In this document: piece after piece, positions 51,999-64,000 of the stretch | Numbering within the stretch: the stretch's first letter is position 1 | Layout of the letters: every line of letters starts with the position of its first letter | Source: Octopus bimaculoides | Taxonomy: Eukaryota | Assembly (NCBI RefSeq): GCF_001194135.2 | Contig: NC_068997.1 | Coordinates: forward strand, 6,651,387-6,715,386 | Reading direction: 5' to 3' | Length of the DNA stretch: 64,000 nucleotides | Program-made: the position numbers and the translations under genes | The notes under the pieces: model-generated | Told to the model about the DNA's origin: nothing | Databases searched by the model: none | Seen by the model: only the letters and a program-made list of their open reading frames with translations

Positions 51999-52836
51999 NN
52001 NNNNNNNNNNNNNNNNNNNNNNNNNNNNNNNNNNNNNNNNNNNNNNNNNNNNNNNNNNNNNNNNNNNNNNNNNNNNNNNNNNNNNNNNNNNNNNNNNNNN
52101 NNNNNNNNNNNNNNNNNNNNNNNNNNNNNNNNNNNNNNNNNNNNNNNNNNNNNNNNNNNNNNNNNNNNNNNNNNNNNNNNNNNNNNNNNNNNNNNNNNNN
52201 NNNNNNNNNNNNNNNNNNNNNNNNNNNNNNNNNNNNNNNNNNNNNNNNNNNNNNNNNNNNNNNNNNNNNNNNNNNNNNNNNNNNNNNNNNNNNNNNNNNN
52301 NNNNNNNNNNNNNNNNNNNNNNNNNNNNNNNNNNNNNNNNNNNNNNNNNNNNNNNNNNNNNNNNNNNNNNNNNNNNNNNNNNNNNNNNNNNNNNNNNNNN
52401 NNNNNNNNNNNNNNNNNNNNNNNNNNNNNNNNNNNNNNNNNNNNNNNNNNNNNNNNNNNNNNNNNNNNNNNNNNNNNNNNNNNNNNNNNNNNNNNNNNNN
52501 NNNNNNNNNNNNNNNNNNNNNNNNNNNNNNNNNNNNNNNNNNNNNNNNNNNNNNNNNNNNNNNNNNNNNNNNNNNNNNNNNNNNNNNNNNNNNNNNNNNN
52601 NNNNNNNNNNNNNNNNNNNNNNNNNNNNNNNNNNNNNNNNNNNNNNNNNNNNNNNNNNNNNNNNNNNNNNNNNNNNNNNNNNNNNNNNNNNNNNNNNNNN
52701 NNNNNNNNNNNNNNNNNNNNNNNNNNNNNNNNNNNNNNNNNNNNNNNNNNNNNNNNNNNNNNNNNNNNNNNNNNNNNNNNNNNNNNNNNNNNNNNNNNNN
52801 NNNNNNNNNNNNNNNNNNNNNNNNNNNNNNNNNNNN
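51999..52836. other. Assembly gap (N), preceded by (TA)n
   Basis: Run of N. Confidence 1.
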
Positions 52837-53980
52837 TAATAAAAAAAAAACTACTTTAGGGAAATTGTTTTTTTTTATATATATTATAATAATAATACTT
52901 TTAAATGATGTCAGCTTATAGTTTTATTGTGAGCAATTTAAACTTATGAAATTTTACTTTCAAAAACAAAAAAAAAAGCGATTAACAAGCCTTCCATAGT
53001 AAATCTATTTGAAAGAAATAGCTATTGGTTTTGACGAGCAAGTAAATATAATTAAGACTGAATATAGTCATTTCTTCAATGTCTTGTATTATCCATAGAA
53101 TTATAAGAATCCCCCCACCCACCAAAACCCCTTAAACCATTTATAGAAAATACCTTTCTGAATAACAAATTCTACATATTAATCATGTAATTTCAAATTT
53201 TCTAAAATACTTATAAAATAATTTTAAATTACAACTTCTGCCCTCATGATTTTTTAAATGTACAAATATTAAGAGAGACATTGATGAGGTTCAATGACTA
53301 AATTAATTTTAAAATGTTAATCATAGAGGAATGGATATACTTAAATTCTATCATTGGTGCATTATTTTGGTGTATTCTGAATGCATTATATATTCCCTAA
53401 TTCCATTTTATGGCAGGAAATTAAGTTAGAACAAACAGGAGACAACTCAGTTCAGTGCCAAACTATTAAACTATTGAGCAGTTTTGAAATGGTAATGTTG
53501 TGGAATTTAACAGCTATTTTCAGAATATTTTTTTAAAATTCATCCAAAGATGAATTTAGCTCAAAGATTCTAAAATATAACACAAAATGTTAATGAATTT
53601 TGCTTGAAATACTAATTTATAAGTGGCTATGTTAATTAAAAGACACAAATAAAAATATAATTATATACTTTATTACATAAGGTAAACATTCGTTTGCATT
53701 ACATAATACTTAAGCTAAATTATAAAATACAATTTTTGTTTTCATTCAACAACAGGAAAAAAAAAGAATTAGGTTAAAAAATAACGCTTCTTCTTTTAAT
53801 TTTTTTTTTTTTTTTTAAAGAAAGGAAATATAATTGAGCTTTCAGAATCCCAATATATTATTTATTAGTTCTAATTTAATTGAATTTGATGAGATGAAAT
53901 ATTTGTGACTATTTCAAAGAGATCTGAAATGAAAACCTTCATACATTAAAAAAACAAACAAACAAAAAGGTATCTGTACA

Positions 53981-54368
53981 NNNNNNNNNNNNNNNNNNNN
54001 NNNNNNNNNNNNNNNNNNNNNNNNNNNNNNNNNNNNNNNNNNNNNNNNNNNNNNNNNNNNNNNNNNNNNNNNNNNNNNNNNNNNNNNNNNNNNNNNNNNN
54101 NNNNNNNNNNNNNNNNNNNNNNNNNNNNNNNNNNNNNNNNNNNNNNNNNNNNNNNNNNNNNNNNNNNNNNNNNNNNNNNNNNNNNNNNNNNNNNNNNNNN
54201 NNNNNNNNNNNNNNNNNNNNNNNNNNNNNNNNNNNNNNNNNNNNNNNNNNNNNNNNNNNNNNNNNNNNNNNNNNNNNNNNNNNNNNNNNNNNNNNNNNNN
54301 NNNNNNNNNNNNNNNNNNNNNNNNNNNNNNNNNNNNNNNNNNNNNNNNNNNNNNNNNNNNNNNNNNNN
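53981..54368. other. Assembly gap (N), abutting an RTE fragment
   Basis: Run of N. Confidence 1.
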
Positions 54369-55390
54369 CCCCCTTGCACACTGCATATAATCCTTCTTAT
54401 GCTTGATTTTTCTCTCAATACACTAGCATTCATTCTGACAAACATATATACACTTACACTGCACATCCAGCAGGGCATACCAGCTTCTTTTTTCTCTAGT
54501 CTTCACATGTCCTCAAGATTCAGGGCCCACATTTCATTACCATACAGCATTACTGTTTGTACACATGCATCATAAAATCTTCCTTTCACTCGGGAGGAGA
54601 GAAAGACCTTTGGCTGCCAACAGAGGTAAAAGCTCTCTGAACTTTCCCTATCCTATTCTTACTCTAGCAATTACACTTTCTGGACATTCTCTTCCACTGC
54701 TAATTAGGTCATCTAGGTTATAGAAATTATTTACAACTTACAGAGAGCCTCTGGGATATTTGAGAGAAACAGTTTCCCATGTATCTGTAGTCTTTATGAC
54801 TCTTGTACATCTCCCACATACAAACACTACTTTCTCTGTTAACCCCCACTACCACCACCACCACTGCACCTCTTCTGTGTCTTATATCTTGCACTAGGCA
54901 CAGCAAATGGAATTTCTGTCTACACCTTTCCTACATATCAAGCAGGGCCATTTTCCAGAATGAGGAACGGTCCTATCTGATTCTTATTTACTAGGAGCTT
55001 GGTCTTCACTAAGCCAACTTTAAAACTCTTTGATTCCAGGTTTTGGTTTCATACCTGGCATTTCTTTTCTAATTCAGTTACAGATTCTGCTATGATGGCA
55101 AGATCATCAACATATAGTAGTTACCATGGACAGCTGGTCTTGAATTCCTCTGTTATGGCCAAGAGGACAATGACAAATAGGAGGGGACTGAGAACTGAAC
55201 CTTAATGAACACCCACCAGTACACTAAATTCATCACTGTACCTATGGCTAACTCTTACCTTACTAACAGCACCCCTGTACAAGGCCTGCACTGCTTTCAC
55301 AAACCGTTCATCTCTCTCAAACTTCTCAGAGACCACCACATCACAGAGTGAGGTACTCTGTCAAAGGCTTTCACTAGAGCAACAAATGCC
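54369..55390 (-). mobile_element. RTE LINE reverse-transcriptase fragment, degenerate
   Basis: Minus strand carries remnants of the RT core (KAFDRVPH-like at ~55340-55375, GVHQGSVLSPLL-like at ~55180-55210) and the RTE C-terminal region. Confidence 0.75.
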
Positions 55391-55628
55391 AAGTATATTC
55401 AATAAACAATCCTTAAACAGACCCAGTATAGTATGAAATATAGATACTGTTGAAAACAAAAGAGAAAGAATATATAAGAATTACATTCAGAAAATGTAAT
55501 TTGTTGCATGTCTTAAAATGATGCTTTTGCAGGGGAATCCCCCGCTTCTTCTGATACAAAAATAAAACTCAGGTTATTAAATATTTGAGAGTAAACTCTA
55601 TCAATAATTTTTAAAAATAATCACTCAC

Positions 55629-55716
55629 CCTCAGGTGATTCCTCCTGCATATAAGATCCAGTCAAGTAACGGTGAACCAATGCAGACTTGCCGCTTTGCA
55701 CACTACCAAGAATACC
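55629..55716 (-). CDS. AGAP1: AGAP-like coding exon, 88 nt: P-loop [29 protein letters not shown](G)
   Basis: Acceptor ttgtacaattgcag| and donor G|gtgagt; phase 0 to 1; GxxxxGKS Walker A motif. Confidence 0.96.
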
Positions 55717-57072
55717 CTGCAATTGTACAAAATTATTAGTAGCTGGTGATACTGGTCTTCGTTTTAATAAAATCTTATAAAAAACACACATTCAAGTGAA
55801 ATAAATAAATTAAATATGAAGAAACAGTAAAAATGAATAATTTATAAAGCAAAATAGATGGAGAAATTCTCTTTTTAAAGAAGCACTTCCACTTGTGTAA
55901 CTTAAGCAATGATTAAGTTTGTGCTGAATCTCTTTTCAAAATGTGTAATACTCCATTTTTATAGGAAAAACTATTATTTTTAGTAAGTTGAGTGGTGCAT
56001 AAAACTACTAAGTTGTATAAATTATCTAAGAGATGATTAAGAAAATATCTTCTTTCAACAAACTTTCAACAGTAGATTAGTATTTTAGCAAACAAAAATT
56101 TATTTGATACTTTATTTTGAGATTAAAAAAAAAAATCTGACTTTCACAACAAGCACTGGAAAACAGATAAGAGGCTAAGCTTAGTAAATATAGAAACATG
56201 GTTTTAGTTGATAATGGGGGAAATAAGTCAGAAACAACAGTGAATGTTTTATGTCGATGTGACCAAAGAAAGAAGGAAACTGGTTTACTAGGGGTAGCAG
56301 CTAAGTAAATAAATATGAAAAAACAAGGATATATTGTGAAGAGACAAACCAAAAATTAATTGAATCATTAACCTGGGATCTCCTATAACTTAGAAATTTA
56401 AAAAAAAATTGACTTTGTGGTGAGATCTGAGAGGATAGACAAGAGGTAGACATGCCTCTTCAACTTTTCTTCCAACATAGAGATATATTTTGTTTTAATG
56501 CAAGGTTATTAATGAATCTTTAATTAGAAGATGCATTTAACAATAAAAAAAAAATAAGAAAGATTTCTGGTATTCATAATCAATATATTTCTGAGCTATG
56601 AGTGACCCTGTAATGATGTAAATCTATTACAAAAATTAAATCAATATACCTCGTTAGTCACTGAGCAATATGCTAATTCAGTGCAATGCTGATTGTTTGC
56701 AGCTGCTTATTTAGTATGTAAACTAAATGTATTGATAATTAAATGAGTTAATCAACTAAATATTTAATGTAAAAAGTCTAATACAAATTTAGAGACTTGA
56801 AAATTATATTTTGGATATAAGTGTAAAAAACACAGAAAATGGTGTAATATATGATATTTTTGTTATAAGGGGAAAAAAGGCTAAAGACATATTTTACTTT
56901 TGCCCAAAGCAAATCAGAAATGTGAGAAGATTTGGATAAACTTCCATCTCAACTTTTGATTCAAGACCAATTCGTTCCTGTCTCTAAAGTAAGCCATTAA
57001 TGACTGTTGAATTTAGACACTATCAAAGTCGGTCTTTATATCCTAAGTCTCTCACCAGTACCTGAAAATCCC

Positions 57073-57077
<5 letters not shown>

Positions 57078-57135
<58 letters not shown>
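57078..57135 (+). repeat. (GT)n microsatellite
   Basis: Directly visible. Confidence 0.95.
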
Positions 57136-57137
<2 letters not shown>

Positions 57138-58662
57138 AGCCATTCCTTTAATAAATATATTATAAAATGTTGACAAGTTTCGTCCTTGTTTACAAAAAAT
57201 GCAACTCACCCTAATCCATAATAACGTTACAGGCGAAAACCCCTGGCAACAATCTAATTAGTAAACCATTTAAAAGCTGAGTTATTATGTGTGTCCCTTA
57301 AAATAATTTGTATGAAAACTGAGTTTTCTTTGTGTATCAATCAATGACAACTAAGATAGCATCAAATGCTTGACAGTTTGTAGACAGTAGTATCTGTCAA
57401 TGAGATTGGCACTATTGGATGTTTTATAGAAGCCCTAAATAAATAAATGCTTCTTATATAAAAATAAATGGTTCTGCAAGTTGTCATGACTGAACAATAC
57501 AGCAAACCAAGAGGCAGAAGCAGATGTTCTGCATGTATTTATTCATTTTATCACCATCTTTCAACCTAGAAATGTAAATAACACTTATCAAATACAAATC
57601 CTTTGATATTTAAAATGCTTGTGGCTAGAATACTACGGTTTTCTTAAGGAAATTATTACTTATGAGGGACGCTGAGAGTAAGGCTAGAAATGTAGGTGGC
57701 AAACAACATATAACTTCAGTAGAGTGCAAATTTGCTGATATTCAAAGCTATGAGGATGAGAGACAAGAAATAGTTTGACTCATTAGACAGTTGCTTTTAT
57801 AAATATCATGAGGTCATTGTTCAAAGAGATACAAGTTCATTTGTTCTAGTGACAGTAACAAGACCAATATTAAAAGCAGAGTTTAGTACAGTTATAGTTA
57901 GTAAAATATGAAGACAACAAATGCTGAGATGGCTAAGCATCATACTATGTCACAACTCCACATGTAATTTTAATTGGTGAATCAGGAACATCTTGTTAGC
58001 TCTAATTCTTACTGAAGAGGCAAAAGGATTCTAGCCATGCCCATTTCAATATTTTAGGGTTCTCAAGATGGTATGGAGTGATTTAAGGAAGATTTCACAG
58101 CTATTCAAACTGTCTCCTTCATTGGCTTGGGATTAATGAGGTCACATAGGAAGGTGTTATCTCTGCTGACTGGCATAGCAGTGTTGTCAGCAATTGCCAC
58201 AAGTATAAAGGGAACACACAAAAGAGATGTCTGTGCAGAGGTGTTAAACTGATGATAGCCAAGTTATGAATATAGTGGTGTCACAAACTGAGGTTGGCTA
58301 AGATGTTGTTTCAGAATATACTGTAGTGTAGAAGTAAATGACACAACAGGAAGTTCTTAGCTTAGAACAAATAGAACTTCTTTTCAGCTCTTAACAGAAA
58401 AACTCTTAACACAGCCCCCTATACTGCGACCTGTTAAGTATTGAGAAAGTAGATGAATTGGCTATGAGAAATTTAAGATTGGTATGAGGATCTTCTAAAA
58501 ATGGTAGGATAGAATTTTTTGAAAAGGTACAATTCACCAGGGCTTTGTTCCCATCTCTTATGTCTATTTATAGTAGTCCTAGGAGCAATAGACATTGAAG
58601 ATTAAGATTGGATATCTTCAGGAACATCTATGAGCTAACAACTTGGTTCTCATAACAGAATA

Positions 58663-58714
<52 letters not shown>

Positions 58715-60139
58715 AGAGAGAGAGAGAGATGCTAAAAGAGTTTTTAAATTGAAAGACTGGTCAGTGGTCAAAAGTCCTAAAGGTCATCATGACAAATGTC
58801 AAAGTTGCAATTGATAACAGAAAGTATAAAAACTTAGTGATCTTGCTTGTTAAGTATAAATAGATTTGGTATGATTCAACCTCATGTATAAAAGGTTAAC
58901 AAAAGTTATACAAAAGGTGCACTGTGATTCCAGGCAGACTGTTGGTCTTAGTATCTAAAACCACATGTAGAGAAGTCATTAATAGCAAGGAGTGGTGGCA
59001 CAGTCATGTTGATGGTGGTGATAGTAACAACAACAGAAGACATAAGTAACAAACAAATATGATTGAGGTAGCTATGGCTAAAATAAGAAAGAGGAAGCAG
59101 TTCAGAAAATGTGAAAGATATGCAAAAACTTAAGAGAAAAACAAAAAAAAAAAAGGAATTTGATTATTATGGCTATGTAATGCGAACTCACATCCAAAGT
59201 AGCGCTAAGAAAGCAGCTGGGCACTAACGGCATTTATTGCAAGAGTGAATGGACAACACTTGGTGGTGGTAAAAGTACAAGAGCTAGAGAGAAGTAGTAC
59301 CTTTAGTAGCAACAGACCAAAGAAGACATGGCAAGAAAAATAGAGCTCCATAGATGATGCAGGCAGAAAAGAAAGGTATACACCATGTTGTAGTATGGTG
59401 CACATCCTGTTGCATTCAATTATGCCATCACAGACAAACAGATGTTAAGATAATGACTATAAAGTGAATTATGTATAGTAATTATAGTTTAAACGTTAGC
59501 CAAACTTAGTACACGAAAAGAAAGACAAAGATTTAAAATAAGTTGAGACTTCAAATCAATAATCTGAGAATGAAACTCTAAAAACTACAACTAAATTGCA
59601 GTGAGAGAGCTTCCATGAAGTAACTCAAGCTGCTAAAAATAGCAACCAAATCTCTTTCAACTTGCACTTTAGCATTTTAAGTGAAGAAGAATATATTGAA
59701 CATACAAAAAATACAGGATGGTTACAAATAAGAATACCTTGATCAGGGGCCTGGTGGATGCAAAATGTAAGAAGTCTGATGAATTTCTTGATGCAATACT
59801 AGGCAGTGGCTTTCTGATCTTAACTGACTGGAAATGTTAACATGTATATGTTTTGTCTTGATGTAAAAGACGGGCTACAGCAAATATTCTGCTCAATACC
59901 ACAGATTTGCTTCTCATTTGCTTGATCATAACCAGTTGAGCATGTCTCTTGGTGGCTGACTATATGTGCATCTCTAATCATGAGCAGGAGTAGTGGGGGA
60001 GCATCCATGTGTTGAGAGGAATTCTTTGGAGTTTGAATAATTCACCCCTAGAAACATGGGTGGTTTGTTCATCATCTTTAAATAGCCCTTATTCAGGGAC
60101 CTTTAGAGCAGGATGAGCTACTCAACCTGAAGAAAATTT

Positions 60140-60560
60140 TCACTGGGCCCCACCTGCAAGGTGATTTAGATATTTCTGCAGATGCATCGGACTCAATGTG
60201 TGGTGACACATCATCGAGGATGATATCCTAAGACCATCACAGAGTGGGTGTTGACAGCAGGTTGATTTTCTGACTCCATCAGAGTCAAAAAAACACAAGC
60301 ACTCCAATCTGATCAGAGTTTTCTTGGGATAAGGTACAATGGCTAAATGGTAGTACACTACCAAGGTGATGTATACAATAGCTACTTCTGCCCAGCATTT
60401 CAGAGACAGCTTCCCTTCTGCCCATTCCTGGGTGAGCTTGGCCACCTTGACCATGGCCTCTTCCCAGTTCTTATTCACCTGGAGATCTGGTCCAAACCTA
60501 ACTCTGAGCACTTTCACCAGACACTCTATCCAGCAAGAGAAATTGCCACAAGTCAACACG
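60140..60560 (-). mobile_element. L1/Tx1-clade LINE fragment (RT C-terminal region)
   Basis: LRVRFGPDLQVNKNWEEAMVKV...LSLKCWAEVAIVYI...YYHLAIVP...CCQHPLCDGL resembles Tx1 ILGVWFGPDLQLEKNW...LSLKGRAEV...HPSEGGLG. Confidence 0.7.
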
Positions 60561-60589
60561 GACTTGTTTTTTCAAGAGCATAGTTGCAA

Positions 60590-60651
60590 AACAACAACAA
60601 CAACAACAACAACAGCAGCAGCAGCAGCAACAGCAACAACAACAACAACAA
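60590..60651 (+). repeat. (CAA/CAG)n microsatellite beside the Tx1 fragment
   Basis: Directly visible. Confidence 0.95.
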
Positions 60652-61719
60652 ACTACATGATATTCCTCCCTACTAGCACTTGATATTACAACCACTAAAT
60701 TCAAAGCTCTCAGACACTGAAACCCATCCAGAATATTTAAAAACAAATGTCATCAATATATAAACCTTAAAGATAAATGACAAAATATTTGAAACACTTT
60801 GGAGATTATAAAACAGTAAATGCGACTAAAAAGAGATTTCAAATGTATTCTATAGCATTTTCACTGAAATGCCAGTAACAACAACAGCACATATAACATT
60901 TTAAGTGTATATGGTAAAATTAAGAAAAATAAACTCCGATAAAGAAATTAATTGCTATATCCAAACCTTGTTACACAGCAGACAAAAGACGGTTAGGTAC
61001 AATAAAACAAATTTATGTAAGTTCTTACATATCACAATTTTCTCCCTAAAAATAAAATGCATTTTTAACCAGTTTTTAAGACCTCTTTTTGTATTTTGGT
61101 TTAAATAATATTTCATTGGGGAATCTCCAAATTTAATACACTTTTATTCTTTCCTGCCAGTGGACTGTGGCCAGATTGCAGCAAATCAGAATACTTTACA
61201 ACAATAAAGATGAATCTAAAATAAAATTGCATGCATTAAAAGTGAAAGCATAGGGAAGTGATGACAACCACTAAATAATGATGCAGAATGTAACCAGCTT
61301 CTTTCTTTCTCTCAGGTTTGAGAAGATCTTTCACATTCAATGAACTGCTTTTCTTATTTTTTTTAGCTACTAATCTTAAAAACCATAAACTGGAAAATTC
61401 GAAATGTAAAGGTTGGCAGTAAACATTAGCGAAATGTTTTTTAAGTGTATAGAAACACAGTGTACTGAGCAGGAATGTGAGTTCAAATCAGAAAAATAAA
61501 CAACCCGTGGTCGTCAAGAAGTTCTTTCCAATCTTGTTTTGAGCAGTAAGCCCCTAATGAGTAAAGAGGATCTAAAAATTGTAGCAAGAGCAATATGTTT
61601 GTTTCTCTTTGATATTTGGTTTTTGAAAATTCTATAATACTAAATGCATTATTATATATAAAAAAAATTAAAAAAAAAAAAAAATTAAAATAAATAAAGT
61701 CAATTTTTGGAGTTAGGCA

Positions 61720-63000
61720 CATTCCATTAAGAGGACCACTGCCATTAAGGCCTGTTTTTGAATTCCAGATTCCAGATAGAACATAACTTCCAATGTATTT
61801 TATCTCGTACTTTTCTTCCTTGTCATCCCTTCAATTTTCTTTCTGCCGAAAATTGCCTGTAAATCCTCACATACCTATCTTCACTTTCTCCTCTGGATTC
61901 CAATCCGAAGCTTACTTTGTTGAATGGTCCACTGATTTTCTTAATATATGATCTATTTGTTACCATTTATGTCTTGCTATTTGTTGGTTGACAAATTCCA
62001 GCTTGGCTTTACTCCAGAAGTGTTTTTGCAATTCTTGGTTTCTGGAAATCTAATGCTTCAGTTGTCTCTGAAGCATTCTTTGTAAATATTTGGAGCTTCC
62101 TGAAGATATTTGTATTCATTCACCATGATTTGACATCCTATAATTTGATGGATTTGATGTTGCAATCCTAAATCTTCAGTTAACATGGCTGGGCAGAAGC
62201 TCTTCCAAATCTCACTTCTGTACCTCATATTGTGGACAGCACGTTTCCTAAGCATGTAAAAGGTTTCGCTTCATTTCTATATGCGATTTTTAACCATGAT
62301 GGATCCAGGGTTACTATTTTGAATTTCTGTGATCTCTGTTTTCCCAGCATTAACCCACAGTCCAATTTTTACTGCTATCTTGTTAAATTAATCTGTCTTT
62401 CATTGCAAATCTTGAATATTCTGGGTTATGTCTGTATTGTCTGGGATATATCTGCACTTGTGCCTGCTCTATGCCTGTTCTTTTACCATTGTATTTCAAT
62501 ATCATCTAGAAAATCGTTGGTAATGGACTTCTTGCTTCATTCCAAATTTTACCTCAAAAGGTTTCCACAATCTCTCATTGTATATCACTTGATAATGAAT
62601 ATCCTTGTTGAATGATCTTAATGAGTAGGGTGGTGATACAGAGTGCATGTCAGATCAATCCAAAGCATTCTTGAAATCATTGGAGAACAAAGGGAGCTTA
62701 CCATTCCTGCAGCTGTTCATGATAATCTGGAGTGTATGAATCTGGTCACTAGGATTTATCCTTCCTAATTCCTGTTTGTGCTCTTCAGCAAGTTTTAGTC
62801 TCCCAAGAATGATCCTTGTGAGTAGCTTGCTGAATATTGAAAAGCACAATACTCACTAGGTTTTCTATTTTTCAGCAGTTTCACCAGACAGTTGTTCTTT
62901 CATTTGATGGGCAGTCTGAGTATGTTAACATACCTTCAGATGTAGGGACTGTGGTAGCCCTATTTTGTAGGGGCTATGGTAGCCTGTATTGCAAACATTT
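61720..63000 (-). mobile_element. Degenerate non-LTR retrotransposon (RTE-like) RT region
   Basis: IFSKLLTRIILGRLK...DQIHTLQIIMN...DFKNALD matches RT subdomains 1-2 (SKLFTRIL, DHIFTL, DFEKAFD). Confidence 0.65.
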
Positions 63001-64000
63001 AAATGAATGTAAATGTCACTGGATATTTGCAGCACAACAGTAAAGTTGTACATGCAAAGAAAGAATTAGTTTTGTTTTTTGATAAAGATACCCCAAACAC
63101 ACTGTTACAATAATTACGAGTAATAAATGTTTCTATAAACGACTCAAATAAAAACTTAGCTTCTGTTTTCTGACAACAAGTGTTCTGAGGCTTTTTAAAG
63201 ATAAGGCTTACACTTACACGTGTGCTCTTTAATGATAACATAATGAGTAGATAGTACTGCCTGTATCAAACTTATTACATTTCCTGCATTCTGTAATGTA
63301 TGCTGAGTAATTGCTAAACATTTGACAGGATTTCCATATTTAGTCTGGACTGCAAATCCATTTTTTAAGCAGGCATAGATAGCTTTTAAGGAAAAGTCCT
63401 ACAGTGAAAAGTATGTTTAGCCCATCTAATCACATTGATTCACTAGCAATTATGTATAACTTACAAGACCTTATAAGTAATTTTAATTAAATGTTTTAAG
63501 TGAATAATTGGGGTGGGTGGGAGATTAACTGCATTTAAATGTTTTTCTAAAATTTATATTACTCTCAAAGACGATATTACTACTTTCAAACTTCAAAAGC
63601 TATCTGTACAGACAAAAGATTTAAAAACTTGCTTCATTAACTACTAGCTTAAAAGTCACACTCTGTATGGACTTTTAAGATAGCTCCTGTGGGGCTGCAG
63701 CTCAAAGCTAAAGAGAGCTAAATAGCATGACTATAATACGTCTATAATGACTATATGCTCCAGTGGTGTTTGATCAGAGGTTAAGGGCAGATAAGAATTA
63801 ACTCTGTAATGCAATCATTCTATTGTTCCAGTCCCAAGTTGAATTCCAACTGTTGGCCAATTTGTCCCAAAGTTCTTATCTTGACGTAAAATTACAGAGA
63901 ATGTCATTTATCCCCCACTTGATCTCTGACATCATCTGACAAACACCTACCAAGATGGCGTGAATCAGCTTAGCTTTACCAGCTAGAAATAGCAACCCAA

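Larger units (their letters stand above)
7123..55716 (-). other. AGAP1: Span of the partial multi-exon gene encoding an Arf-GAP with GTPase, ANK repeat and PH domain (centaurin-gamma, AGAP1/AGAP3/CenG1A-like); the gene probably extends beyond both window ends
   Basis: Five exons splice in frame to [156 protein letters not shown]..., which closely matches the AGAP GTPase-like domain as I recall it ([49 protein letters not shown]). Introns are 32118, 2507, 3569 and 9701 bp. Paralogue assignment (AGAP1 vs AGAP3) is not meaningful for an invertebrate single-copy gene. Confidence 0.96.

Noticed and set aside
57210-57253. 44-nt candidate exon (D)CCQGFSPVTLLWIR with strong donor AGG|GTGAGT and the same phases as the expected upstream exon
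   Set aside because: No similarity to the conserved DAFVNSQEWTL exon and almost no polypyrimidine tract; likely a chance match.
55717-64000. Upstream conserved AGAP exon (DAF.NSQEWTLSR)
   Set aside because: Searched by eye and not found. A partial look-alike near 56990-57010 (TTC AAC AGT CAT TAA) has an in-frame stop. The exon is presumably beyond the window end.

Overview
AT-rich eukaryotic genomic DNA (roughly 30% GC by eye) with five N gaps and many microsatellites. The repeat families look like those of Octopus (inference from recognised SINE/RTE motifs, not a database result). The whole window lies inside one minus-strand gene, a centaurin-gamma / AGAP1-AGAP3-like Arf-GAP (CenG1A). Five coding exons were reconstructed by hand (55629-55716, 23425-23510, 20776-20917, 17072-17206, 7123-7370). 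All have GT-AG sites and compatible phases, and they splice to 699 nt / 233 aa covering the GTPase-like domain and the start of a Ser/Thr-rich linker. Upstream exons and the PH/ArfGAP/ankyrin exons were not found and are presumably outside the window. The introns (one is 32 kb) hold many decayed transposons: a TIR/TSD-bounded, GC-rich Buster-type hAT, two mariners, piggyBac-type MITEs, an 883-bp element with ~250-bp inverted arms, RTE, R4/Dong and Tx1 LINE fragments, and several SINE families. I found no clearly novel multi-gene system. The best leads are a 50-bp hairpin, fully paired in the host pre-mRNA, 81 nt from a splice donor; a compositionally foreign hAT (horizontal-transfer candidate); the long inverted-repeat element; and several candidate alternative exons, including a possible short GTPase-only isoform.
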